Virus record (IMG/VR): IMGVR_UViG_3300045016_000140
Coordinates: 10,670 to 74,669 of that record
Length of the DNA: 64,000 nt
Origin: a virus
Reading direction: 5' to 3' (one strand)
The position numbers and the translations under genes were made by a program. Position 1 is the first letter of the stretch. Every line of letters starts with the position of its first letter. Shown here piece after piece: positions 10,474 to 19,950 of this stretch. The notes under the pieces were generated by a model, which searched no databases, was not told where the DNA came from, and was given only the letters and a program-made list of their open reading frames with translations.

Positions 10474-10926
10474 GTGGAGCGTAGTATGAATGATGCCCTG
10501 GTTGCTAATGCCATTTTTGGATCGGTTGACAATCTGCGGCTGCTTCTGGTCAAGAGGTTGGAAATTGCTCGAGCAAAGGTGAAGCTACTTCCTCAGCAGT
10601 TAGAAGATCGTTGTCAGATGGGCACACAGGGCTTACCTTCGTGGTCAGAACTTCAGGCGCGACCTGAATTGCTCGACAGTGAAATGCTTTCACGCTTGCT
10701 GGCTGGGTTGCATTGCGGGTTGGACGAGTTGCTCGGCGGCGAAATTTCGGCTTATCTGGCTTTTAACATAGTGGGATCTGGGGCATTGCCTAGGCCACTT
10801 TTCATTCTTATGCAATTGATTGAAGAGCTCGATGCTCGGGCCGTCCCGCGATCACGATTGCGTCAATGGTGGGATTGTCAGGTGGCTAATGTTCATCGAT
10901 GGCTGGGTAGACCTCGATGGAGGTAA
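10474..10926 (+). CDS. hypothetical protein (GC-richer than flanks)
   Basis: Open frame, Leu-rich; GGAG SD before ATG 10486. Confidence 0.45.
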   Translation: MERSMNDALVANAIFGSVDNLRLLLVKRLEIARAKVKLLPQQLEDRCQMGTQGLPSWSELQARPELLDSEMLSRLLAGLHCGLDELLGGEISAYLAFNIVGSGALPRPLFILMQLIEELDARAVPRSRLRQWWDCQVANVHRWLGRPRWR

Positions 10927-10980
10927 TTATTGGTCGTCTGATTCGTCAGCCTGTGGTCTAGCCTGCGATATTAGTTTTGG

Positions 10981-11104
10981 ACACCTTTGGCTAGAAATAG
11001 AATCAACCATAATTAAAAGTCTAGAATATGCATATTATTACGCTCGATCGAGATATTTTGGATGCCCTTGGCCAGAAGCAGAACTAATTATAGCTCAAAA
11101 CTAA
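10981..11104 (+). pseudogene. degenerate 3' remnant of a 26-aa WPEAE repeat gene
   Basis: Translates to HLWLEIESTIIKSLEYAYYYARSRYFGCPWPEAELIIAQN*, matching the repeats of the gene at 11591-12538. Confidence 0.65.
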
Positions 11105-11129
11105 AGGTAAGGTTAATCAAACCTAATGT

Positions 11130-12538
11130 ATGAGACTCACCTCCCTATACCTCGAAGCCATAAACTATACATCGCACAAACCACAACTAGATTCACTAGC
11201 CAAACAATTTGGCAAAACCCCACAAGAAATAATTGTATTAGTAGAACCCATCACGGATGTTGTAAGATATGTAGAATGGATACTTAGACAACTCAAAACG
11301 CACATAATTAGACTCCCAGAAGACACAGATAGGATTAAACAACTATTAATAGATTTTGATCATTATAAATCTATAGGTTCAGCCAACATTAATAAAGATA
11401 TAGGATCCTATAAAACCATCCATGACCTAGAAACCGTAATCGATAAACTCAAAGGTGTAGATCTTAAAGGTCGGGCAGAAACACGCCAAGAGTATCGAGC
11501 GGGAACACAATGGGTCAACGAAAGCCAAAACTACAAAATTCTCAAAATCACAACACCCGAGGCTGCCGCCCACTACGCCACAAATACTAAATGGTGTACA
11601 AGCAAACTAGAGACAGCAAAAAATACCTTGAGAGAGGACCACTCTACATAATCTTTAAAAAATTAGACGGAAAACTTGAGAAACTTTACCAATACACACA
11701 TAATTATTCACGATTTATGGATATACTAGATAGGTCAATACGGCCAGATGAAGAAATACAGCAATTAATCAAACCACCGCTAAGCTCCGAACCAGTAATT
11801 CTAGTTGGATTTTGTGTGCTTATAGATTCTCGTTGGCTCGAGGCAGAATCAATCATAGCTAAAGACCCAATATCGGCATACTATTATGCTCTAGATATCT
11901 TAGAACGTCCCTGGCCAGAAGCAGAACCAATCATAGCTAAAAACCCAAAATGCGCACACCATTACGCTATGTATGTCTTGAAACGTTCCTGGCCAGAAGC
12001 AGAACCATACATAGCTCAGAATCCATTCTGGGCATACCATTATATTTCGGATGTCTTGAAACGTCCTTGGCCCGAAGCAGAACCAACCATAGCTCAAAAT
12101 CCAGAATGTGCATACCATTATGCTCAGAATATCTTGAAAGAGCGTTTCTCTGAAGCAGAATCAACTATAGCTCAAGACGCATACTTTGCATACCATTATG
12201 CCAAAGATATCTTGAAAGGACGTTTCCACGAAGCAGAACCATATATAGCCAAGGATCCGGAATGGGCGTACTGGTATGTCCGAGATGTCTTGAAACGTCC
12301 CTGGCCAGAAGCAGAACCATACATAGCTAAAGACCCAGAATGGGCATACTATTATGCTCAAGATGTCTTGAAACGTCCCTGGCCAGAAGCAGAACCATAC
12401 ATAGCTAAAGACCCAGAATGGGCATACTATTATGCTCAAGATGTCTTGAAACGTCCCTGGCCAGAAGCAGAACCAACCATAGCTAAAGATCTAAAATGTT
12501 GGACTCAATATAAACAACGTTTTAATATCGAAAATTAA
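11130..12538 (+). CDS. WCT-motif protein with nine 26-aa repeats, split by a -1 frameshift at 11618-11624
   Basis: Frame 0 ends ..TKWCTSKLETAK; -1 frame continues KYLERGPLYII; the same WCT..YL..GPLY motif is contiguous in the paralogue at 42958. Confidence 0.7.
11830..12500 (+). repeat. 78-bp (26-aa) coding tandem repeat, about 9 units
   Basis: Unit RPWPEAEPYIAKDPEWAYYYAQDVLK; the last two complete units are identical in protein sequence. Confidence 0.9.
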
Positions 12539-12587
12539 TCAAACCTAAATATATGAAACTCACCCCCTTATGCCTTGAAGCCATAAA

Positions 12588-12770
12588 CTATTGATTGTCT
12601 AGCTCGCCAGCTTGTGATATCAATTTTTGTATACTTTTTATGGAGTCTGGATATGTTATCCAGCCTACGATTATTTCGGCGTCATGTTTTGATAGGGTTG
12701 GGCCAACTATATTTCCATCGAATGTAATTACATACTCGTCACCATCCCAATGTACCGCTTCTATTTTCAT
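12588..12770 (-). CDS. small hypothetical protein
   Basis: Starts 1 nt after the rmlB stop, co-oriented. Confidence 0.55.
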   Translation of the reverse strand: MKIEAVHWDGDEYVITFDGNIVGPTLSKHDAEIIVGWITYPDSIKSIQKLISQAGELDNQ

Positions 12771-12771
12771 G

Positions 12772-13782
12772 TTAACCTTGAGGTTTGTAGTCGCGGTATT
12801 CGCCGCTCTTTATGCGCTGCCACCATGGTTGGTTGTCGACATACCATTTGATAGTTCGTGCGAGGGCATTTGGCCATTGGGATCTAGTTGGGCTCCATTT
12901 GAGTTCGCGTTCGATTTTACTGATGTCCGAGGCGTATCTCAGGTCATGTCCTGGCCTATCGGGCACCATTTGAACCATGCTTTCATCTTTGCCCATGATG
13001 TTTAGGATTTCGTGAACGAGTTGTAAGTTTGAGCGTTCATTATTTCCACCAATGTTGTATGTTTCACCGGCTTTGCCGTGCTCCATTACTGCCAAAATGG
13101 CTTCGGCGTGGTCATCAACATATATCCAATCTCTCACGTTTTTGCCATCGCCATATAGCGGTATCTTTTTGCCTTCAATTAGGTTGGTTACGAATAATGG
13201 TATTGCTTTCTCGGGGAATTGATATGGCCCGAAGTTGTTTGCGCATCTGGTTACGCAGATGTTCATTCCATATGTGTTGTGGTACGCCCTGGCGAGCATA
13301 TCTCCGGCAGCTTTGGTGACAGCATATGGGTTGCGGGGGTTAAGCGGAGTTTGCTCGTTGAATTTGACGAATGAATTATCTAGGTCAAGAGAGCCATAGA
13401 CTTCATCACTGCTTACGTATACGAATCTGCAAGAATTGTCTTTTACGGATCTCCAAGCGTCGAGCAGGCATTGTGTGCCGAGCACGTTGGTTTCGACGAA
13501 TGGTCTAGAGTCTACTATGGATCTGTCGACGTGACTTTCGGCGGCCAGATGTATGATGGCGTCACATTCTCCGACTATTGATTTAACCAGATTATATTCG
13601 TTGATGTTGCCATATACGAATTTGTATTTGGGGACTTTGACTAGGTTGGCTAGGTTTTCGGCGTTCCCGGAATATGTTAGGGCATCCAGGTTGATTATCT
13701 TATGTTGTGGTCGATTTCTAATTATAAATTTTATTAGGTTTGAGCCTATGAAGCCACAACCGCCTGTTATTAGTATTTTCAT
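12772..13782 (-). CDS. rmlB: dTDP-glucose 4,6-dehydratase
   Basis: GGCGFIGS, LDALTYSGN, HLAAESHVDRSI, SSDEVYG, YAVTK, NNFGPYQFPEK, YGDG.NVRDW, DRPGHDLRY. Confidence 0.95.
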   Translation of the reverse strand: MKILITGGCGFIGSNLIKFIIRNRPQHKIINLDALTYSGNAENLANLVKVPKYKFVYGNINEYNLVKSIVGECDAIIHLAAESHVDRSIVDSRPFVETNVLGTQCLLDAWRSVKDNSCRFVYVSSDEVYGSLDLDNSFVKFNEQTPLNPRNPYAVTKAAGDMLARAYHNTYGMNICVTRCANNFGPYQFPEKAIPLFVTNLIEGKKIPLYGDGKNVRDWIYVDDHAEAILAVMEHGKAGETYNIGGNNERSNLQLVHEILNIMGKDESMVQMVPDRPGHDLRYASDISKIERELKWSPTRSQWPNALARTIKWYVDNQPWWQRIKSGEYRDYKPQG

Positions 13783-13797
13783 ATAATTATGTACTTG

Positions 13798-14394
13798 TTA
13801 GGTGTTTAAGTTGCTTATGGTTTCTAGTGTTTTAGGATTTATTCCTTGATTTTTTAATGTGTTGGCTATGTTTTTGTCGTTTATTGGCAACGCTTTTTGC
13901 CATATTTTAACATATAATTGCATTATCTGGGCTATTTCTTGCTTTTGGATGTCGAGCGTCACGTCTTCCCAGGTAGAGTTTGTGAAGTTACGGCCTCCAG
14001 TTATCCCTAGGGCTTCGCCTGGGCCATATAGCGCTATGAAGCATTTGAGGTGCATGTTTGCGGTATATTTCCATTGATAGTTTGGCCATTTTTCGGCGTG
14101 GTTTATCAATCGGATTAGTTGTTTTGTATAGTTGATCTCGCATGATTGGCAGTTTCTTTTATTGCATGACGCATAGTCATTGATTCCGACCAGAATTTGG
14201 ACTTCTGTGGTTTTCGGTATGGCTTCTAATATCTTACCTATATCGTTGGTATATTTTTGGCCCCATTCGTTTGTGTAGCGTCCGTCCGGGAGTATTCCGG
14301 CGTATACTCCATATGTGGCTATATATATTTTAGCCGGTTTTTGCTGGATGAGGGCGTGGATGCGGTCTGTGTGGTCTTTGAGCGTTAGGTACAT
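13798..14394 (-). CDS. phospholipase D-superfamily (HKD-type) nuclease-like protein
   Basis: Single HLKCFI...GGRNFT motif, matching HxK...GSxN. Confidence 0.6.
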   Translation of the reverse strand: MYLTLKDHTDRIHALIQQKPAKIYIATYGVYAGILPDGRYTNEWGQKYTNDIGKILEAIPKTTEVQILVGINDYASCNKRNCQSCEINYTKQLIRLINHAEKWPNYQWKYTANMHLKCFIALYGPGEALGITGGRNFTNSTWEDVTLDIQKQEIAQIMQLYVKIWQKALPINDKNIANTLKNQGINPKTLETISNLNT

Positions 14395-14472
14395 GGCTGT
14401 TTGTGCAAATACTTTGAGGCTTGGAAAATCCCAGCAAATATAGAGTAGTTGTAAGCTTTAAAGGAGCAATCT

Positions 14473-15063
14473 ATGCCAGGCTTTTCAATCAATGGCATCA
14501 ATGATGCTAATTATGCTAGTGGCGAATCGACTATGACGAATAAGGTTGAGCCACGGCGTACACATAGGTGGTATTTTGAAACTATTGGTCTGTCTCCTGG
14601 TAATGTTGTGTCTTTACGTGGTGTGTCTGCATGGGATAAGAGCATTCAGGTTGTATTGAAATCAGCTGCCAGGCCTTCATTTACGCTTGAAGAGACTGTG
14701 ATGCATCACAATCAGGAGCAAGTGTATTTTGCCGGTAAGCAGTCATGGGATGCCATTACGCTTACGTGGTATGATATTGAGCAGCCGCCCGATGTCAGCA
14801 AGGCTATGTGGTATTGGATTAATAGCATTACCAATATTAATGCTGTTCAGGTGCATTTGCCATCGCTTTATAAGATTGACGCTCGATTAGCTATGGTCAC
14901 TGGTGAAGGCGCGGTCAACGAGCGATGGAATTTGTATGGTTCCTGGCCTCAGACATCGAACTGGCAGGCTTTGGACTACACGAATAATGAGATTCAGACG
15001 ATTGAGGTTAAGCTGCGGTATGATCGTGCTGAACGCGATCAGACCGTTGGCGTTTCCAAGTAA
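14473..15063 (+). CDS. tail tube protein (gp19-like), paralogue 1
   Basis: EPRRTHRW, RPSF, YFAGKQSWDAITLTWYD, W.LYGSWP, LDY, LRYD; AAGGAG SD. Confidence 0.85.
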   Translation: MPGFSINGINDANYASGESTMTNKVEPRRTHRWYFETIGLSPGNVVSLRGVSAWDKSIQVVLKSAARPSFTLEETVMHHNQEQVYFAGKQSWDAITLTWYDIEQPPDVSKAMWYWINSITNINAVQVHLPSLYKIDARLAMVTGEGAVNERWNLYGSWPQTSNWQALDYTNNEIQTIEVKLRYDRAERDQTVGVSK

Positions 15064-15065
15064 AT

Positions 15066-15773
15066 ATGCCCGGTTTTAGCATAACTAATGACGAGATAGA
15101 TAAAGGTCCGTCTAACCGTACGGAAATTGTTAGATCGCACCGATGGCGCATCACTATATTTGGGTTGTCAACTGAATCTCTCGTTAACGATATGTTTAGC
15201 TTCTTTGTGCAATCAGTGACTAGACCATCATTTGAGTTAGATAAAATTGTAGTGCATCAACAGCAGCAAGAAATATATCTTCCTGGCAAGGTCAGATGGA
15301 GCCCTATAACAATAAAATATTATGAGCCCATGTATAATGCTGGCCTAGCTAATGTTAACCAAACTTCTAGTGGATGCCCTTTGACTGGTACGTTGAGTAC
15401 TTGGTTTGACAAGATAGTGAATGGTTATAATTATATTTTACAGCGGAACAAAAAGAGCATAGACATAGTTGGTGGTGGGTATAAGAAACATGTTAGAGTT
15501 GATTTGCTAGATGGCGAGGGTGACAGTTATTATTATTATAAGTTATTTGGCGCATGGCCCATTAAGATTGAGCCGTCAGAATTAAATTATACGAGCAGTG
15601 AATTATCAAGCGTTGTTGTCACTTTATCATATGATTGGGCCATTGAATGGTCGATTAAGCCTGAAAATCCTAGGTCAACGTGGTCAATACATGAAACTGT
15701 AAAAAATAAGGAAGTTGAGGATTTGATTGAAGTTGAGCATCAGCGGAATATAGCTAATTTTACTGCTTTTTGA
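15066..15773 (+). CDS. tail tube-like protein, paralogue 2
   Basis: MPGF start, HRW, RPSF, YLPGKVRWSPITI, LFGAWP, LNY, VTLSYD. Confidence 0.75.
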   Translation: MPGFSITNDEIDKGPSNRTEIVRSHRWRITIFGLSTESLVNDMFSFFVQSVTRPSFELDKIVVHQQQQEIYLPGKVRWSPITIKYYEPMYNAGLANVNQTSSGCPLTGTLSTWFDKIVNGYNYILQRNKKSIDIVGGGYKKHVRVDLLDGEGDSYYYYKLFGAWPIKIEPSELNYTSSELSSVVVTLSYDWAIEWSIKPENPRSTWSIHETVKNKEVEDLIEVEHQRNIANFTAF

Positions 15774-15780
15774 GGTGTTT

Positions 15781-16473
15781 ATGCCAGGGTTTCATATAGG
15801 TACTGATAGGGATATACCTCACGGCCCAGCCAATTTTGGCGATGGCATGCGCGATTGGCGATTGATGCCGCCTTTGACCGAAGGATATGACGCCATATAT
15901 ACATATACATGGGATGTGTCACAAATACCATTTGATGTCAGTACGGCCAGTAATCAACAAACAATGAATATGGATATGTTGCGTAAGGTTTATCTTAGAG
16001 ATTGTACATTGCCAGAGTATACCATTGACGAGGAAATTTATCAATCACCAAGTACTAAATATAAGTATGCTAAGGGTATAACATGGTCAGATGTGAAGAT
16101 AACATATTATGATACGTTTGGATTATATTTATATTTGGATAATTTAAAAAGTAAAGTTTGGACTCCGGCATATGGCGTCAAACCAGCGGTTGAATATAAA
16201 TTTGAATCCGTCATTAATGTCTATATAGCGGATGCAATTGAAGCTTTTAGGTGGACGTTAGTAAATAGCTGGGTAAAGTCTATATCGTGGGCTGATTTAA
16301 CATATGTTAGCAGCGACATGCATATGGTAACCATAACATTGGCATATGATTGGGCCATATTAACTGGCGATAATGGTATACCATCCGCAACACCAGCAAC
16401 GGCATTAACGCCGGTGGTGGTTCCGCCAATGGCAATTCCGCCGCGAACCAGGCAGGTTCCTACGATGTTTTAG
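15781..16473 (+). CDS. tail tube-like protein, paralogue 3
   Basis: MPGF start, TLP, WSDVKITYYD, W.LVNSW, LTY, ITLAYD. Confidence 0.7.
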   Translation: MPGFHIGTDRDIPHGPANFGDGMRDWRLMPPLTEGYDAIYTYTWDVSQIPFDVSTASNQQTMNMDMLRKVYLRDCTLPEYTIDEEIYQSPSTKYKYAKGITWSDVKITYYDTFGLYLYLDNLKSKVWTPAYGVKPAVEYKFESVINVYIADAIEAFRWTLVNSWVKSISWADLTYVSSDMHMVTITLAYDWAILTGDNGIPSATPATALTPVVVPPMAIPPRTRQVPTMF

Positions 16474-16530
16474 AATTGGTGTGGTAAATAATTTCGACAC
16501 ATTGTGCACGTTAATGGTAAAGGTAAACCA

Positions 16531-17448
16531 ATGGCCAATGAAAAAGAAATCCCTGTCGACCCACTGGCTCCAGTGAATGCTCCCAAAATCGCATTGCCGC
16601 CTGGCGCGTTGACGCCGCAGCAGATATTTGATAAAATTCAAACTAGCAAGGAGGAATTAATTCCGTGGGAGGAAGTAACCCTACCAAGTTTGGGGTTGTA
16701 TTATGGAGGCGCATTGCCGGACGGTAAGGTTTACGTTCGAGCCATGTCAATGCAAGATGATAAAGTATTTGCTACCCAGCGATTGGCACAATCTGGGCAG
16801 ACTATAGATTATATTCTTAGGCATTGTGTTAAATTGCCGGATGGATTTGATACGGCCAATATGATAATTGGTGACCGGCATTTCCTTCTATTTTATCTGA
16901 GAGGAATTACATACGGTAATGAATACGAGTTTGCCGTAAAGTGTCCCGATGCTGATTGTGGGGCTTCGTCAGTTCACAAGTATGATTTGAATAATTTGGC
17001 GCAGAAAATACGCAGGGCGAAGCGTGAATTGGGTCCTGAGCCATTTAGGGTGCTTATGCCGTTTATGTCGGAGCAGTTTAAACAAGAGGTGTGGGTTAGC
17101 GTTCGGTTTTTCCGCGGTGGCGATATAACGGCTGCGATGAACAAGCAGAGGAATGTACGTCGCGTTGGTGGGCGTGTGGGCGTTAATGAGTTGGTGGCTG
17201 AGAATATTGCCATGGCGATTGTCGACTTCATGGGCGAGAAAAAGGACGCCGCTTCTATTCGCAATATGGTTGATAATTTGCATGGCATTGATAGCGCTAC
17301 TTTGAGGCAGTTTTTTAACGATTATGCTCCTGGCATTGACACAATAATCGATCTCGAGTGCCCAACTTGCGGCAATCAGTTTAGGGTTGATTTACCAATC
17401 ACTGAAAACTTTTTTCGATCAAGTGGAGCCCGAAGAGCTGGAGAATAG
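16531..17448 (+). CDS. baseplate hub assembly / tail chaperone (T4 gp26-like) with CxxC motifs
   Basis: VTLPSLG.YY, GDRHFLLFYLRGITYG.EY, CP..DC, CPTCG, C-terminal ENFF. Confidence 0.75.
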   Translation: MANEKEIPVDPLAPVNAPKIALPPGALTPQQIFDKIQTSKEELIPWEEVTLPSLGLYYGGALPDGKVYVRAMSMQDDKVFATQRLAQSGQTIDYILRHCVKLPDGFDTANMIIGDRHFLLFYLRGITYGNEYEFAVKCPDADCGASSVHKYDLNNLAQKIRRAKRELGPEPFRVLMPFMSEQFKQEVWVSVRFFRGGDITAAMNKQRNVRRVGGRVGVNELVAENIAMAIVDFMGEKKDAASIRNMVDNLHGIDSATLRQFFNDYAPGIDTIIDLECPTCGNQFRVDLPITENFFRSSGARRAGE

Positions 17449-17710
17449 ATGGAAAGCTCTGATGGAAGAATGCTTCCAGCTTCACACATTTTGCAAGTTC
17501 AGTTATTCTGAAATATTATTTATGATGCCGCACGAAGAACGAAGATGGTGGTTAGAAAGATACCAGAAACATTTTGAGGAAGAGGAAAAGAAAGCTAAGG
17601 GCTCTCACACTCCTGGGTTGCCACCCATGCCACGTATGCCTTCGACGCCCTCAATGCCTTCGGTGCCTTCAATGCCAAGCGCGCCCAAGCCACCCATCTT
17701 ACGTAGATAG
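17423..17710 (+). CDS. small gp51-like hub assembly protein with Pro-rich tail (start uncertain)
   Basis: F.YSEIL.M..EERRWWL pattern typical of the small gene following gp26-like chaperones. Confidence 0.55.
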   Translation: MEPEELENRWKALMEECFQLHTFCKFSYSEILFMMPHEERRWWLERYQKHFEEEEKKAKGSHTPGLPPMPRMPSTPSMPSVPSMPSAPKPPILRR

Positions 17711-17724
17711 GTCAAAAATATTGT

Positions 17725-18504
17725 ATGGCTTACAGTAGAATAAGTGCGCGTCGAGGCTCAGTGGTTGATCTCGATATGACGTTTTACAGGGGCGGTGTGG
17801 CCGCCGATCCTGTTTTATATAGAGTAGAGATATTTCGTGGCTCTGTCGAGGCTGCGAACATTGTGGCTGCCTTTCCGATAGCTGAATATGGCACGTCATC
17901 GTATCCAGCGCCAGTCACGCAGTTGCACTCTGGCTCTGGCCATTGGACGGGGCATTATAGATTATCTTGGACTGTCCCAGACACCATTGTCGTGCCAGAT
18001 ATTTATTTTGACGTATGGTATTTCTTTAGCACAGACCCGCGCGTTGGGACCGAGGGCTTTGAACCATATCTTAGCCAGCTGCTAGAGTCTATACAGAGAT
18101 TCTGGATATATCCAGATCAATGGTATGCTGATGGTGGGCTTGATACGATTAAATTTGGATTTGAGCCCATGGACGTTAAGTTTAGGAAGCCGGAGGTTAG
18201 ACCGCTTGAAGTTGGTTTGATGCCATTGCCGCTATATGATTATAATTATAATCTGGTAGCTCCAATAATTCCTTATCTTACAGCCACTATCACCATTACG
18301 ACTGAGGCTAAGGAGACTATTGTAGATGCCGCTGCGTGTACGATTAAGCTTCGCCAAGGTGCGTATAGGGCTAATCCATATGTGATAAGTTACAATCTTA
18401 CAACTAGCAATTTTTATATTGGAACATATGAGTATAGAATTACTCTGAATATGCCGGATGGCACTACCAGAGTGAGCCCAACATATTATTTGACGATATC
18501 GTGA
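17725..18504 (+). CDS. putative virion structural protein (beta-rich)
   Basis: CAAAAATA motif 4 nt before ATG; Tyr/Thr/Pro-rich; located in the tail cluster. Confidence 0.5.
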   Translation: MAYSRISARRGSVVDLDMTFYRGGVAADPVLYRVEIFRGSVEAANIVAAFPIAEYGTSSYPAPVTQLHSGSGHWTGHYRLSWTVPDTIVVPDIYFDVWYFFSTDPRVGTEGFEPYLSQLLESIQRFWIYPDQWYADGGLDTIKFGFEPMDVKFRKPEVRPLEVGLMPLPLYDYNYNLVAPIIPYLTATITITTEAKETIVDAAACTIKLRQGAYRANPYVISYNLTTSNFYIGTYEYRITLNMPDGTTRVSPTYYLTIS

Positions 18505-18530
18505 TTTCTTGACAAGTATTGTAATTTCAG

Positions 18531-19529
18531 ATGAAGCAGGTACCTCGCGAAAATATTATACAATGGATTGTCACCAATTTCCCAGATCACAAGATCAGGA
18601 AGAATGGTGAAGAGTATCGCATAAACAATCCATTTGATGGTGATACTGGATATCATCTAGAGATAAGCGTTGATAAGGCTGTCTGCCATGATTGGCGCGG
18701 AGATGAATGGGCGCATGGCGGCAAGCCAACATTTATTAGATTAGTTCAACTATATAAGAAATGCTCATATGCTCAGGCAATGGAGGAAGTTGTTGGTCAT
18801 GTAAATTATATTAGTGAATATAAGCGCGGCATGCTAGAAGATAAGGTAGAGCCTGAAAAATCTGGCATAGAGCTTCCAGAAAATTGTAAACCAATCATTG
18901 AATCTAATGGCCAGATTGTTAAATATATTGTCGGGTGGTTAAAATCGAGAGGTGTCGATGTTGACATGATTAAGAAATATGATATTAGGCATGCTGGGTA
19001 TGATGTAATTTGGCCATATTATGAGTATGATATGCTGGTGTACTGGCAGGCTAGGCATAGCATTAATAAGATGTTCAGGTTTCCACCAGAGTCCACCGGA
19101 GTATCGAAAGGTATGTTTATATATGGTTTTGATTATGTTGAGCCAAGTGATTATATAATTATTACTGAGGCAATATTTGGTGCACATACTCTGGGAGGGC
19201 AGGCCGTGGCCACTGGCGGGGCTGATATGACTACTCGTCAGGTCTTGAAGATTAGAGCTTTAAACCCCGTCAATGGCATTATATTAGCTCCAGATAGCGA
19301 TGAGGCTGGTTTGAAGAGCATTATTAGGAATTTTGGGCTTTTGAGCCCATATTTTCAGAAGATTCATTTTGCTCTACCGCCACCTATTGAGTTTAATGAT
19401 GCGTATGTGAAGGATTGGAATGAGCTTGGTCAAGCTATAGGGTTTAATAATGTGCGGAAGAGATTTGAGGATTGTATTAAACCTATTACGATGAAAGCCT
19501 TAGATGGTTTTGCCATGGGTATCTTCTAG
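18531..19529 (+). CDS. DNA primase-like protein (TOPRIM)
   Basis: WLKSRG, YWQAR, ITEAIFGA, APDSDEAG, KDWNE; the N-terminal Zn-binding region lacks the usual Cys set. Confidence 0.75.
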   Translation: MKQVPRENIIQWIVTNFPDHKIRKNGEEYRINNPFDGDTGYHLEISVDKAVCHDWRGDEWAHGGKPTFIRLVQLYKKCSYAQAMEEVVGHVNYISEYKRGMLEDKVEPEKSGIELPENCKPIIESNGQIVKYIVGWLKSRGVDVDMIKKYDIRHAGYDVIWPYYEYDMLVYWQARHSINKMFRFPPESTGVSKGMFIYGFDYVEPSDYIIITEAIFGAHTLGGQAVATGGADMTTRQVLKIRALNPVNGIILAPDSDEAGLKSIIRNFGLLSPYFQKIHFALPPPIEFNDAYVKDWNELGQAIGFNNVRKRFEDCIKPITMKALDGFAMGIF

Positions 19530-19820
19530 CGGTATGTCGTATGTGCTTATTATCTTTACTCTGTCTAGCCTGAGTGATTTGTAGCCTTTCATTGCTCCTG
19601 GGCAGTTATTTCGTATCCATTGTGTTTTGCCCGACAATGGTAGTTTCTCTAGTTCCCTACTGCCTAGTTTGATGATTTTGCTGTCGCTTGGGGCTATGTC
19701 TTTTAGGTGTAGGCAGCATAGTAGGTTTTCACGTTCTGCCAATGGATATATTAGCATGTGTTCTATTCGGTGGCCTGTTGTGTATGCGCACCAGAGTAGT
19801 TTGTGCATGTGCTGCCCCAT
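19500..19820 (-). CDS. hypothetical protein
   Basis: ATG-initiated ORF converging on the primase. Confidence 0.5.
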   Translation of the reverse strand: MGQHMHKLLWCAYTTGHRIEHMLIYPLAERENLLCCLHLKDIAPSDSKIIKLGSRELEKLPLSGKTQWIRNNCPGAMKGYKSLRLDRVKIISTYDIPLEDTHGKTI

Positions 19821-19834
19821 GAATTATTATATTA

Positions 19835-19890
19835 TGTTTGAGGGTGTTTGAGGGTGTTTGAGGGTGTTTGAGGGTGTTTGAGGGTGTTTG
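19835..19890 (+). repeat. intergenic 10-bp tandem repeat AGGGTGTTTG, 5 copies plus a partial
   Basis: Perfect copies at 19841-19890. Confidence 0.95.
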
Positions 19891-19950
19891 GTAGCGTTTG
19901 TTTAAGGAGAATGCTGGAGTAATGTAAATAAAATATAGAGTGGGTGTTTT

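Larger units (their letters stand above)
11113..12591 (+). repeat. imperfect direct repeat of about 56 bp (11113-11168 and 12535-12591)
   Basis: TTAATCAAACCTAA..ATGAgACTCACC.CC.TAT.CCT.GAAGCCATAAACTAT at both positions; the second copy encodes MKLTPLCLEAINY*. Confidence 0.85.

Noticed and set aside
8600-10480. Duplication of the sheath 3' end after the Mom fusion, by analogy with the MCP cassette
   Set aside because: No matching copy found by eye downstream of 10436.
11830-12500. 78-bp repeats as a CRISPR array or DGR template/variable pair
   Set aside because: Repeats are contiguous and in-frame coding with no unique spacers; no cas or reverse transcriptase gene is visible in the window.
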